Source: an uncultured Clostridia bacterium (GTDB lineage: Bacteria; Bacillota; Clostridia; TANB77; CAG-508). From it: 64,000 nucleotides of DNA. Made by a program: the position numbers and the translations under genes. This document shows, piece by piece, positions 29,046 to 39,449 of the stretch (its first letter is position 1; each line of letters starts with the position of its first letter). The notes beneath the pieces are model-generated. The model saw only the letters and a list, made by a program, of their open reading frames with translations. It made no database searches and was not told the DNA's origin. Location: assembly GCA_934130025.1 (NCBI GenBank), contig CAKOXG010000001.1, positions 154 through 64,153 of the forward strand, given 5' to 3'.

Positions 29046-29786
29046 ATGAGAATATTTGCAAAAACAGATATTGGAAGAGAGCGAAAACTAGATGAAGACT
29101 ATTTTTATGCTTCAAAGGCTGAAGATAAAATAAAACTTTTTATTTTGGCTGATGGCATGGGTGGTTACAATGGTGGAGAAGTGGCAAGCAAAATGGCTGT
29201 AGAAGCTTCGAAGGATTATATACAAAAAAACTTTGCAAAGAATAAAGAATCAAAAGAAACAATAGAAAAATTAATTAATGATGCGATGATATACGCAAAT
29301 GATGTTGTATATAAAAAAGCTCAAAGCAAGGAAGATTTGTCTGGAATGGGTACTACATTAGATATTTGTTTAATATATAATAGTAGACTATATATAGGGC
29401 ATATTGGAGATAGCAGAGTTTATAGAATAAGAAAAGAATTTATGAGAAAAATAACAAGAGACGATAGTTATGTTCAAACTTTAATAGAAGATGGAACAAT
29501 AACTAAAGAGGAAGCTTTTAGACATCCCAAAAAAAATATGCTAACTAAAGCTCTTGGATGTACGAAAGAGATAGAGCCAACTGTATATACAAAAACCTTT
29601 ATAAAAAATGATATTATTTTAATGTCATCTGATGGATTAACCAATATGGTTAAAGAAGATGAAATATATAAAATAATAAAAGAAGAGGATAATTCGCATG
29701 AAGCATTAATAAAAAAGGCAAATGAAAATGGTGGCTTAGATAATATTACAGTTATAGTAATATACAATTGTGTAGAAGCACAATAA
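29046..29786 (+). CDS. stp: PP2C-family Ser/Thr protein phosphatase Stp
   Basis: MRIFAKTDIGRERKLDED..LADGMGG..DG motifs of PPM phosphatases. The ATG at 29001 is an upstream in-frame alternative. Confidence 0.85.
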   Translation: MRIFAKTDIGRERKLDEDYFYASKAEDKIKLFILADGMGGYNGGEVASKMAVEASKDYIQKNFAKNKESKETIEKLINDAMIYANDVVYKKAQSKEDLSGMGTTLDICLIYNSRLYIGHIGDSRVYRIRKEFMRKITRDDSYVQTLIEDGTITKEEAFRHPKKNMLTKALGCTKEIEPTVYTKTFIKNDIILMSSDGLTNMVKEDEIYKIIKEEDNSHEALIKKANENGGLDNITVIVIYNCVEAQ

Positions 29787-29804
29787 ATGGTATAGGAGAA
29801 AATT

Positions 29805-31796
29805 ATGAATATAATAGGAAGAACAATAGCAAATAGATATGAAATTATAAATAAAACTGGTGTCGGAGGAATGGCAACAGTATATATGGCAAAGGATAAA
29901 GTCTTAAATAGAAATGTTGCAATAAAAGTATTAAAAGATGAATTTACTACAGATGATGAATTTGTAAAAAGATTCAATTCAGAAGCTCAGTCAGCAGCAA
30001 GTTTATCACATCCTAATATAGTATCTATATATGATGTAGGAAATGAGGATGGAATTTACTATATAGTAATGGAACTTGTAAGAGGAAAAACACTAAAACA
30101 AATAATTACAGAAGAAGGCGCGCTTCCTTGGAAGTGGTCTGTAAATATTGCAATGCAAATAGCTTCTGCCTTGGAAACAGCACACAAAAATAATATAGTT
30201 CACAGAGATATAAAGCCACACAATATTATAATAACTGAAGATGGGGTAGCTAAGGTAACAGACTTTGGTATAGCAAAAGCAGTATCTAATTCAACAATAA
30301 CAGCATTTGGAACAACAATTGGTTCAGTTCACTATTTTTCACCAGAACAGGCAAAAGGTGGTTATACAGATGCAAAATCTGATATATATTCATTAGGTGT
30401 TGTAATGTACGAAATGCTTACAGGAAAAGTTCCTTTTGATAGTGATACATCTGTATCTGTGGCTTTAAAACATATGCAGGAACCACCTGTACCTCCTATG
30501 CAGATAAATGAAAATATTCCTAAAGCAGTAAATGATATAATATTAAAAGCAATGGAAAAAGAACCAATGGCGAGGTATCAAACTGCTACTGAAATGTTAA
30601 GAGATTTATCTCAAGCACTAAAAGATCCAAATGGCGACTTTGTGGAAGAGCAAAACTTTGATGATGGATTAACAAGAAGAATGGGTGCAATAACAGATGA
30701 CATGATAGATGAAGCAAGAAAATCAGAAAATAAGAAAAAAACAAAAAAAGGAATAGCAAAATTTTTTGCTGAACATCCAAAAGCAAAAGGTCCTATAATA
30801 TTCTTAATCTGTATAATTTTATTTGTTGCAAGCATGGTAATTACGTCAGCTGTGCTAAATGCAACATCACCTAAGGATGTACAAATACCAGACTTGGTAG
30901 GAAAAACTGAGAGTGAAGCTCAAGAAGAATTAAAAGCACTTAAATTAAATTACGAAAAAATAAGTGAAGATTACAATACCCAGCAAGAAGCAGGGCGTAT
31001 ATATGAACAGAGTCCAACATACTCACTAAATTACAAAGTGAAAGAAAAAACAACAATAAAAGTTAAGGTAAGCAAAGGAACAGAAAAAGTCAAGGTTCCT
31101 AAAGTTGCAGGAATGACTTATGATGAAGCTGTAAAAGAGCTTGAAAATAATAAATTGCTTGCTGAAAAAGTAGAAGAAACAAGCAAAGAAATAAAAGAAG
31201 GAATAGTAATAAGTCAAGAAACAGAGGCAAATGCAGAAGCAAATGCAGGAGATACAGTTAAAATACATGTAAGTATTGGAACAGGAATAGCTCAAGTTGT
31301 TATGCCAAATGTACTTGGAAAAACAGAAAGTGACGCAAGACAAACACTAGAAGGAAAAAATCTAAAAGTAAATGTGGAATACAATTTAGATGCTACAAGC
31401 GACAATGGAATAGTTAAGGAGCAAAGCATAAAATCTGGAGAGAATATTGATGAAGGAACAGAAGTTACAATAAAAGTAAATAAAGTAAAACAAACGAAAG
31501 CAGCAAAAGTTACAATTAATGTAAAATCTCTTACAAAATATGAAAAGAATGATACAACAACAAATACGACAACAGGAAAAAATGAAGAGGACAAAGTAAC
31601 AATCATTTTGAATGGCGAGACAAGAACTGGTGTTGATAGATCTGATACTGACTACTCAATATCCTTAACTGGAAATGATGGTGAACAAATAACTGTAAGT
31701 ATTACAATAAAATCAGAAAATGGACAAAAAACATATTTTGCATCAAGTAATTACAGAATAACATTTGGAAAAGATGAAGAAATAACAATAAAATAA
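29805..31796 (+). CDS. prkC: Ser/Thr protein kinase PrkC with TM and three PASTA repeats
   Basis: Hanks kinase motifs (VAIK, HRDIKPHN, DFG), a TM segment (PIIFLICIILFVASMVITSAV) and repeated PASTA-like modules. 663 aa. Confidence 0.9.
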   Translation: MNIIGRTIANRYEIINKTGVGGMATVYMAKDKVLNRNVAIKVLKDEFTTDDEFVKRFNSEAQSAASLSHPNIVSIYDVGNEDGIYYIVMELVRGKTLKQIITEEGALPWKWSVNIAMQIASALETAHKNNIVHRDIKPHNIIITEDGVAKVTDFGIAKAVSNSTITAFGTTIGSVHYFSPEQAKGGYTDAKSDIYSLGVVMYEMLTGKVPFDSDTSVSVALKHMQEPPVPPMQINENIPKAVNDIILKAMEKEPMARYQTATEMLRDLSQALKDPNGDFVEEQNFDDGLTRRMGAITDDMIDEARKSENKKKTKKGIAKFFAEHPKAKGPIIFLICIILFVASMVITSAVLNATSPKDVQIPDLVGKTESEAQEELKALKLNYEKISEDYNTQQEAGRIYEQSPTYSLNYKVKEKTTIKVKVSKGTEKVKVPKVAGMTYDEAVKELENNKLLAEKVEETSKEIKEGIVISQETEANAEANAGDTVKIHVSIGTGIAQVVMPNVLGKTESDARQTLEGKNLKVNVEYNLDATSDNGIVKEQSIKSGENIDEGTEVTIKVNKVKQTKAAKVTINVKSLTKYEKNDTTTNTTTGKNEEDKVTIILNGETRTGVDRSDTDYSISLTGNDGEQITVSITIKSENGQKTYFASSNYRITFGKDEEITIK

Positions 31797-31826
31797 ATTA
31801 AATTTTTTGTGGAAAATTAAGTTTAA

Positions 31827-31869
31827 CCTCATTATTAGATAGGAAAGTCTAATAATGGGGTTGTATTTT
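31827..31869 (+). terminator. strong rho-independent terminator after prkC
   Basis: 12-bp stem CCTCATTATTAG/CTAATAATGGGG with one mismatch, followed by TTGTATTTT. Confidence 0.6.
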
Positions 31870-32246
31870 GTCTACATTTGACGAACAAAAATTCTTGCAA
31901 TCTACTGAAAATGATATATAATAGAAGTGTTTATTTTTTCTAATTTAGTATTTTATATCTAAGAAAAATCCCGCAGACAACATACATTATAAAATTATTA
32001 AAAAACTTGAGTAAATTATATATAAGAAGATCTACCTGTAACTGATGGTTTTAAAATTGTAAGAGTGAAAAACAATTATAATTAAAAATGCAAATTAAAA
32101 TCATTTAAATAGCTTCTGTAGTGCATTGCAAATTTGTTTAATTGTTAGTAATTAATATTAGAATTTACAATTACTCTAATGTTATTTCTAATAATTTTAT
32201 AAGAAATACAAAAAATTTAATTAAAAACCGAAAGGAGGAAATCTAA

Positions 32247-33113
32247 ATGAGAAATAAAGCAGATACATTAAAAAGTACATTACAACCAAAGAATGATGTA
32301 GTGTTCAAAGCACTATTTTCAAGAGAAAAACCAGATATAACAAAAGCATTGTTAGAAGCAATATTGAAAATGAAAATAGACAAGCTAGAGTTAGACAAAA
32401 ACACAGAGTTATTAAATGACAACAAAGATGATAAAAACGGAAGACTGGATTTAAGAGCTGTAATTAATGGAAATACAGAATGTGATATAGAATTACAACT
32501 AGAGACACACAAAAGTATGGCAGAAAGGTTTTTGTATTATTGGGCGAAAATGTACACAGCAAATTTACAAGTGGGAGATCAATATAGCAAATTAAGAAAA
32601 ACAATAAGTATAATAATATTAGACGATGAATTACCATTAACAAAAGATATGAAAAAGCCTCAAACAATCTGGAAAATTCGTGAAGATGAGAACTCTGATA
32701 TATTGTTGACAAAGTATTTTGAGATTGGTATAATTGAGATACCAAAAGCCATAAAAGAATATGAAAAAAATCCACGAGATGAAGTTTTACAGTGGATGAT
32801 GTTTTTGGATAACCCGGAGAAAAAGGAGGTAACCAAAATCATGGAAGAAAATGAAGATATAAAAGAAGCAAAGGAAGAATTAGAAAAAATAAGCCAAGAT
32901 GATATACTTAGAAGAAAAGCATTAAATAGACAGTTGGAAATAGCAGATAGACTACAATTTGCCAAAGAAGCAAGAGAAAAAGGTAAAAAAGAGGGCGAAG
33001 AAATAAAAGCACGAAAAATTATAAAAAAATTGCATGATATGAATATGCCACTGGATCAAATAGCAAAAATAGTTGAACTTGAAGAAAAAGAAGTAGAAAA
33101 ATATTTAAATTAA
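32247..33113 (+). CDS. Rpn-family recombination-promoting nuclease / putative PD-(D/E)xK transposase (YhgA-like)
   Basis: 288 aa. N-terminal nuclease-like region (DVVFKALFS..DLRAV..CDIELQ) and the characteristic C-terminal IEEL..KEVEKYL tail. RBS AGGAGG. Confidence 0.65.
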   Translation: MRNKADTLKSTLQPKNDVVFKALFSREKPDITKALLEAILKMKIDKLELDKNTELLNDNKDDKNGRLDLRAVINGNTECDIELQLETHKSMAERFLYYWAKMYTANLQVGDQYSKLRKTISIIILDDELPLTKDMKKPQTIWKIREDENSDILLTKYFEIGIIEIPKAIKEYEKNPRDEVLQWMMFLDNPEKKEVTKIMEENEDIKEAKEELEKISQDDILRRKALNRQLEIADRLQFAKEAREKGKKEGEEIKARKIIKKLHDMNMPLDQIAKIVELEEKEVEKYLN

Positions 33114-33388
33114 TTTAATAAGTTTTTACATAGAGAACTTAAATGATATAAAAGGTAATATTCAAAGTGAACACTAATATTTAAATAATAAATTAGACAA
33201 GTATAAACCTTGAAAATATTCTAGAGTCAAAAAATACTAAATTGAAAAAATAATAAAACATAAATAACAAAAATAAATATTTAATTATAATTCCTAATCT
33301 AAATATAATATCCTATATTTAATAATATTGTTTAATTACAATGAATACATTTATATAGGATATTTTACTTAGAAAGGAATTTCTTTAA

Positions 33389-35572
33389 ATGAAAAAAATG
33401 AACAATAGTATGAACAATGGAAAGTGGAAATCTAAAAAAAGATCTGAAATAAAACAATTAAAGGAGAAGAAATTAAAAGATAATAAAGACAATAAAATAA
33501 ATAAAAAATTAATTCATAAGCAGAACAAAAAACAGGGAAAAGCCGCGAAAAAGCTTGCAAGAGAAACCAAGACAAAAAAATATCAAATAAATAAGCAAGG
33601 AGAAATTGCAAGAAAGAAAAGAATAAGGCTGGCTTTGTTGTGTGTTGTGCTTATTTTTTCTGTACTTTGCATCAGAGTTGGCTATATTCAATTTGTAAAG
33701 GGAGATTGGCTGAAACAAATGGCATATACTCAACAAACCTTGGACAGAAAAATAAACCCTAAAAGAGGTACCATTTATGATGCTACAGGCAAAATTGTTC
33801 TTGCAACAAGTAGTAGTGTGGAAACTGTGACGGTAAATCCACTAAATATAGGAAATGATGAAAAAGAAAAGGTAGCCAAAAAACTTTCGGAGTTATTTGA
33901 TTTGGAATATGATAAAGTTCTAAAAAAAGTTAAGAAGAGAACGGGAATTGAAACAATAGCTAAAAAAGTAGAAAAAGAAAAGACTGATGAACTAAGAAGA
34001 TGGATGGAAGAGCAAAATATAAAATCTGGAATAAATATAGATGAAGATACAAAAAGATTTTACCCATATAACAACCTCGCATCTCAAATAATAGGTTTTT
34101 GCGGAAGTGATAATCAAGGATTAGCTGGAATTGAAGCTAAATATGATGCTGAATTAAAGGGAGAAAGCGGCAAAATATTAAAAATGACTGATGCAAAGGG
34201 AATTGACATAAATGGTACGTCTGAAAGTTATGAACCAGCAAAGAATGGAAATGATTTAATACTAACGATTGATGCAACAATACAGGGAATTGCAGAAAAA
34301 TATCTTAAGGAAGCTTGTATAGACAATGTATGTACTGATGGAGGAAACATACTACTAATGAACCCTAAAACTGGGGATATTCTTGCAATAGCAAGTTATC
34401 CAGACTATAATTTAAATGACCCTTATACAATTAATGATGATGAACAAAAAGCAAATTGGCAAACTATGACTGCAACACAGAGGTCAAATGCCTTACAAGG
34501 AATGTGGAGAAATAAAGCTATATCGGATACCTATGAGCCAGGGTCAACATTCAAGCTTGTAACGGCATCAACTGCTCTGCAAGAAGGAATTGTAACAGAA
34601 ACTGATAAATCTGGTGAATTTTGTTGTAATGGTTATATTGATGTTGCTGGAGTAAAAATGAAATGCTGGAGATATTATAGACCGCACGGGGCAGAGTCTT
34701 TAAGGCAGGCCCTAATGAATTCGTGTAATCCGGTATTTATTGGACTTGGTGAAAAAATTGGAGTAAAGAAATATTATGAATATTTAAATAAATATGGATT
34801 TTTAGGAAGAACAGGAATAGATCTTCCAGGAGAAGCGGGAAGTATATTCTTAAAGGAGTCAAAAGTTGGACCTGTTGAACTTGGAACAATCGCATTTGGC
34901 CAAAGATTTGAAGTGACACCAATTCAGATGATAACAATGGTATCTACAATTGCAGGAGGAGGAATTTATACTCAGCCGAGAATCGTTAAGGAAATTGTTG
35001 ATAGTAATACGGGAGAACGCACAGAAATTGCAACAATAAAAAAGGATAGAGTTATATCAGAAGAAACTGCCAAAAAAATGCTTAGTATGATGGAAAGTGT
35101 TGTCGCAGAGGGAACTGGCAGAAATGCACAAGTAAAAGGATATAGAATTGGAGGAAAAACTGGAACATCTGAGGATGGAGTAAATACAGGAAAATATGTA
35201 ACATCATTTATTGGAACAGCATCAATAAATGATCCAGAAGTATGTATATTAATAACCTTGTACAATCCGACAGGAGAAGGAGGGCACCAAGGAGGTGGTG
35301 TTGCAGCACCAATAGCTTCACAGGTGTTGGGAGAGGTTCTTCCATATTTAGAAGTACAAAAAGAAAATGAAGAGGAAGAAAAAAACGAAGTTGAGGTTCC
35401 AAACGTTATAGGAATGTCTAAAAAAGAAGCAAAAAAAATTATTGAAGATGCAGGGTTAAATATGGAAATAAAAGAAGAAAATGAGAATACAGATGTGGTA
35501 AAAAATCAATTTCCTAAAGCTGGGATAAAGATAAAACAAGGAACATCGGTGATAGTGTATATACAGGAATAG
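33389..35572 (+). CDS. class B penicillin-binding protein (SpoVD/FtsI-like transpeptidase) with C-terminal PASTA domain
   Basis: TM anchor, dimerisation domain, transpeptidase motifs STFK, SCN and KTGT, and a PASTA-like C-terminus. Sits upstream of murE-mraY. Confidence 0.85.
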   Translation: MKKMNNSMNNGKWKSKKRSEIKQLKEKKLKDNKDNKINKKLIHKQNKKQGKAAKKLARETKTKKYQINKQGEIARKKRIRLALLCVVLIFSVLCIRVGYIQFVKGDWLKQMAYTQQTLDRKINPKRGTIYDATGKIVLATSSSVETVTVNPLNIGNDEKEKVAKKLSELFDLEYDKVLKKVKKRTGIETIAKKVEKEKTDELRRWMEEQNIKSGINIDEDTKRFYPYNNLASQIIGFCGSDNQGLAGIEAKYDAELKGESGKILKMTDAKGIDINGTSESYEPAKNGNDLILTIDATIQGIAEKYLKEACIDNVCTDGGNILLMNPKTGDILAIASYPDYNLNDPYTINDDEQKANWQTMTATQRSNALQGMWRNKAISDTYEPGSTFKLVTASTALQEGIVTETDKSGEFCCNGYIDVAGVKMKCWRYYRPHGAESLRQALMNSCNPVFIGLGEKIGVKKYYEYLNKYGFLGRTGIDLPGEAGSIFLKESKVGPVELGTIAFGQRFEVTPIQMITMVSTIAGGGIYTQPRIVKEIVDSNTGERTEIATIKKDRVISEETAKKMLSMMESVVAEGTGRNAQVKGYRIGGKTGTSEDGVNTGKYVTSFIGTASINDPEVCILITLYNPTGEGGHQGGGVAAPIASQVLGEVLPYLEVQKENEEEEKNEVEVPNVIGMSKKEAKKIIEDAGLNMEIKEENENTDVVKNQFPKAGIKIKQGTSVIVYIQE

Positions 35573-35741
35573 TAGAGTAAGATATAAAAAAAATCAAAAT
35601 TTATTTTGAAAAAGTTGTTTAAGCTCTATACAAAATCAGATTTTAATTATATAATATTGATGATAAATTGGCAATGATAGCAATTGCTATATGCCTCAAA
35701 AATTTTAAGATGATTAACCTTTAAGAAGGGAAGAAAAAGAT

Positions 35742-37214
35742 ATGAATTTAAAGAAAATTTTAGTTGGATTAGATGAAATTAAGGCGAAAGGCGAGATTGA
35801 TAGAGAGGTTACTTCTATTGAAAACGATTCTAGAAAAGTTATTGAAGGCTCAATGTTTTTTGCAATAAAAGGGTTTTCAACAGATGGAACTAAGTATATA
35901 CAAAGTGCAATAGAAAATGGTGCAAAGGTAATTTTAATAGATGAGCAAACTGACTTTAAAAGTTTGCAAATACCTCAAGATGTAACACTTGTTGTTGTAA
36001 AAGATGCAAGATATGCAATGGCAATTTGCGCTTGCAATTTTTACGATAATCCATCAAAAAAATTTAAATTAATAGGTGTTACAGGAACAAAAGGAAAAAC
36101 AACAACAACATTTATGATGAAAGAAATATTCCAAAAACAAGGAATGAAAACAGGATTAATAGGAACAATTGCTGTTTATAGTGGAGATGAAAAATTAAAA
36201 GATAGTGATAGAACAACTCCTGATAGTATTGAATTGCAAGGCTTATTTGCTAAAATGTATGAAGATGGATGTAAAGTTGTGATAATGGAAGTTTCATCAC
36301 AAAGTTTAAAGCTAAATAGGGTAGCAGGATGTGATTTTGATATTGCAGTATTCACAAATTTCTCAGAAGATCACATTAGTGCAAAGGAACATCCAGATAT
36401 GGAAGATTATTTCAATTCAAAATTAAAACTATTTGAAATGTGTAAATGTGGATTTATAAATGTAGATGATTTAAAAGTTTGCAAAGTACCAAAATTGTTT
36501 CCTGAAAGCGATATAAAAACATATGGAATAGATAACAACTGCAATTTACTTGCAAAAGATATTACTATTACTAATTCATATGTTGATTTTAAAGTTAAAT
36601 TGGGAGATAAAAATGAAAGAGTAAAAGTGGGAATACCAGGCAGATTCAGTGTTTACAATAGCTTAGCGGCAATAAGTGTTGCATTAAAACTTGGCTGTGA
36701 GCCAGAAATAATAAAAGAGGCATTACTAGACGTGCGTGTACCCGGAAGATCTGAATTAGTGAATAATCCAAAAGACTTAACAATAATGATTGATTATGCT
36801 CATTCATCAGAAAGTTTATCTAATATCTTACAAGCAGTGAAATCTTATACAAGGGGTAGAGTTATTTCTGTATTTGGATGTGGAGGAGATAGAGATTCTG
36901 CAAAAAGACCACAAATGGGTGAAATATCAGGGAAAATTGCGGATTTCACAATAATAACATCAGACAATCCAAGAACAGAAGACCCACAAAAAATAGTTGA
37001 GCAAATTGAAGAAGGAATAAAAAAGACAAAAGGAAAATACACTGTAATAGTAGATAGAATAGAGGCAATAAGATATGCGATAAATATGGCAAGCAAAAAG
37101 GATATTATCGTACTTGCAGGCAAGGGACATGAGCCTTACCAGGAAATAAATGGGGTAAAATATCCATTTGACGAAAGAATAATAGTAAATCAAATAATAA
37201 AAGGTGAAATTTAA
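35742..37214 (+). CDS. murE: UDP-N-acetylmuramoyl-L-alanyl-D-glutamate--2,6-diaminopimelate ligase
   Basis: Mur ligase P-loop GVTGTKGKTTT and the DNPR motif. 490 aa. Confidence 0.9.
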   Translation: MNLKKILVGLDEIKAKGEIDREVTSIENDSRKVIEGSMFFAIKGFSTDGTKYIQSAIENGAKVILIDEQTDFKSLQIPQDVTLVVVKDARYAMAICACNFYDNPSKKFKLIGVTGTKGKTTTTFMMKEIFQKQGMKTGLIGTIAVYSGDEKLKDSDRTTPDSIELQGLFAKMYEDGCKVVIMEVSSQSLKLNRVAGCDFDIAVFTNFSEDHISAKEHPDMEDYFNSKLKLFEMCKCGFINVDDLKVCKVPKLFPESDIKTYGIDNNCNLLAKDITITNSYVDFKVKLGDKNERVKVGIPGRFSVYNSLAAISVALKLGCEPEIIKEALLDVRVPGRSELVNNPKDLTIMIDYAHSSESLSNILQAVKSYTRGRVISVFGCGGDRDSAKRPQMGEISGKIADFTIITSDNPRTEDPQKIVEQIEEGIKKTKGKYTVIVDRIEAIRYAINMASKKDIIVLAGKGHEPYQEINGVKYPFDERIIVNQIIKGEI

Positions 37215-37234
37215 TAAGAAACGAGGAAGATAAA

Positions 37235-38224
37235 ATGGCGTATCAAATAAAGATATTGCTATTAGCATTTGCAATAGCATTTGTAATTTCATTAATAGTA
37301 ATACCAATATTAAAAAGAAAAAAAATAGGACAAAATGAAAGAAATGATGGACCAAAATCTCATCTTAAAAAGAAGGGAACACCCACTATGGGTGGAATAA
37401 TAATGATATTTGGATTAATCGGAATGGGGGTAATACTCTATTTTGATTATTCAAGATCTACGGCAGAATCAGAAATATTAGTAGCTAAAAATTTAATTCC
37501 ATTACTTGCCGCTACAATAGGATTTGGGCTAATTGGTTTTGTGGATGATTTTAAAAAATTGGTGCTAAACAATACAGAAGGGTTGAAACCAGCCTTAAAG
37601 ATGTTAGGATTATTAATTGTTGCAACAGTATTTACAGTGTTTATTACACAGGTAATGAAAATAGGTACAGATATAATAATACCATTTGCAAAAACAAGTG
37701 TAACATTACCAATATATATTTACATTCCATTTACGATACTGGTAATGCTAGCAACAACAAATGCGATTAACCTAACAGATGGAATAGATGGGCTATCTAC
37801 ATCTGTAACAACAATAATATTAACATGCTTAACAGCAATAGGAATGATAACTGGAGTAAAAGAAATTGTTATATTTGGTGCAAGCTTAATAGGAATCTGC
37901 CTAGCGTTTTTAATATTTAATTTGCATCCAGCACGAATCTTTATGGGAGATACTGGATCGCTTTTACTAGGTGGAGCTGTTTCTGTTATGGCAATATATC
38001 TAAAAATTCCTATATTGCTGCTTATTATAGCAATAATCCCAGTTTTAGAAACATTATCAGATATAATTCAAGTAGCTCATTATAAAAGAACAGGCAAGAG
38101 AGTTTTTAAAATGGCACCACTTCATCATCATTTTGAGTTATCTGGATGGCATGAAAATACAATAGTTTCGGTGTTTAGTTTAGTAACATTGATAGCCTGC
38201 ATAATTGGAATTATGAGTATTTAG
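37235..38224 (+). CDS. mraY: phospho-N-acetylmuramoyl-pentapeptide transferase
   Basis: Polytopic membrane protein with MraY signatures (NAINLTDGIDGL, HHHFE). Confidence 0.95.
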   Translation: MAYQIKILLLAFAIAFVISLIVIPILKRKKIGQNERNDGPKSHLKKKGTPTMGGIIMIFGLIGMGVILYFDYSRSTAESEILVAKNLIPLLAATIGFGLIGFVDDFKKLVLNNTEGLKPALKMLGLLIVATVFTVFITQVMKIGTDIIIPFAKTSVTLPIYIYIPFTILVMLATTNAINLTDGIDGLSTSVTTIILTCLTAIGMITGVKEIVIFGASLIGICLAFLIFNLHPARIFMGDTGSLLLGGAVSVMAIYLKIPILLLIIAIIPVLETLSDIIQVAHYKRTGKRVFKMAPLHHHFELSGWHENTIVSVFSLVTLIACIIGIMSI

Positions 38225-38246
38225 AATACATTTGAAAGGAAAACGA

Positions 38247-39423
38247 ATGCAAAGTAATAATAAAAAAAAGAAAGTAAAAAGATTTTCAAGTTTTTTAAAT
38301 AATAAAATGGATTTTATACTATTAATAACTGTATTATTATTATTGTCGTTAGGGGTTATTATGGTATTATCTGCAAGTGCTCCATCAGCATTATCTACAA
38401 CGGGAAAAAGCTACACATTTTTTATAAAACAATTTGGATGTGCGATAGTGGGAATAGTACTTATGTTATTTATTTCAAAAATTGATTATAGGTTTTATAA
38501 AAAATATTATTGGATAGTATACATTTTTTCTGTACTAATATTATTGTTAGTTTTGGTACCAGGATTAGGAAGAGAAGTTAAGGGTGCCAGAAGATGGATA
38601 AATATACCACTATTGGGGCAGTTTCAACCATCAGAAATAAGTAAAATTGGACTGATTATATTTTATGCAGGATATTTATCAGATCATAAGGAAGATTTGA
38701 AAGACTTCTGGAGAGGTTTTGTTAAGTCAATGATTTTCTTAGTGCCTCCAGTTGCAATTTTATATTTTATTCAAAACCACCTAAGTGTTTCTATAGTTAT
38801 AGTTACAGTAAGCTCTGTAATGATGCTTATGGCAGGTTGCAGATTATTACATTTCTTAGCAGGAGGAGCGGCATTAGCGGGAGGAGCCGCACTTATACTT
38901 ATAAAGAAAATGCAGGGAACAAGTGGAGAAGATGGTTCATTTAGATTAGCAAGAATTCAAACTTTTTTTGATCCTTGGTCTGATGCGACTGGAACTGGAT
39001 ACCAAATGGTACAAAGTTTATATGCTATTGGTTCGGGAGGATTATTTGGTGTAGGTTTAGGAAACAGCAAACAAAAATATTTATATATACCAGAGCCACA
39101 AAATGACTTTATATTTGCTATTGTTGCAGAAGAGCTAGGTTTCGTGGGATGTGTTGCTATAATATTGCTATTTGCAATTTTTGTTTGGAGAGGAATTGTA
39201 ATATCGATGAAAGCTCCAGATATGTTTGGAAGCCTTATGGCAGTTGGAGTTACAGCTTTGGTGGCAGTGCAAGCCGTAATAAATATAGCAGTTGTAACAG
39301 CTTCTATTCCAACAACAGGAATGGCACTACCATTTTTTAGTTACCGGAGGTACAGCACTTATAATACTGCTATCATCAGTTGGAATTTTGCTTAATATAT
39401 CAAGAGCAGGGTCGAAAGTATAA
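38247..39423 (+). pseudogene. ftsW: SEDS-family peptidoglycan polymerase (FtsW/SpoVE), frame broken by a 1-nt insertion at 39344/39345
   Basis: The ORF ends ..ALPFFSYRRYSTYNTAIISWNFA*. The +1 frame reads GGTALIILLSSVGILLNISRAGSKV*, which is the canonical SEDS C-terminus. Removing one C in AGT-TAC-C-GGA-GGT gives 391 aa. Its position after mraY suggests the spoVE-type paralog. Confidence 0.75.
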
Positions 39424-39449
39424 AATAAATTCTATGAAAGGAAATTAAC

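Noticed and set aside
39149-39340. 63-aa ORF inside the SEDS gene, and the 85-aa ORF 62493-62750 listed separately from pdp
   Set aside because: The first is an alternative frame within ftsW. The second is the displaced C-terminal part of pdp after the frameshift, not an independent gene.
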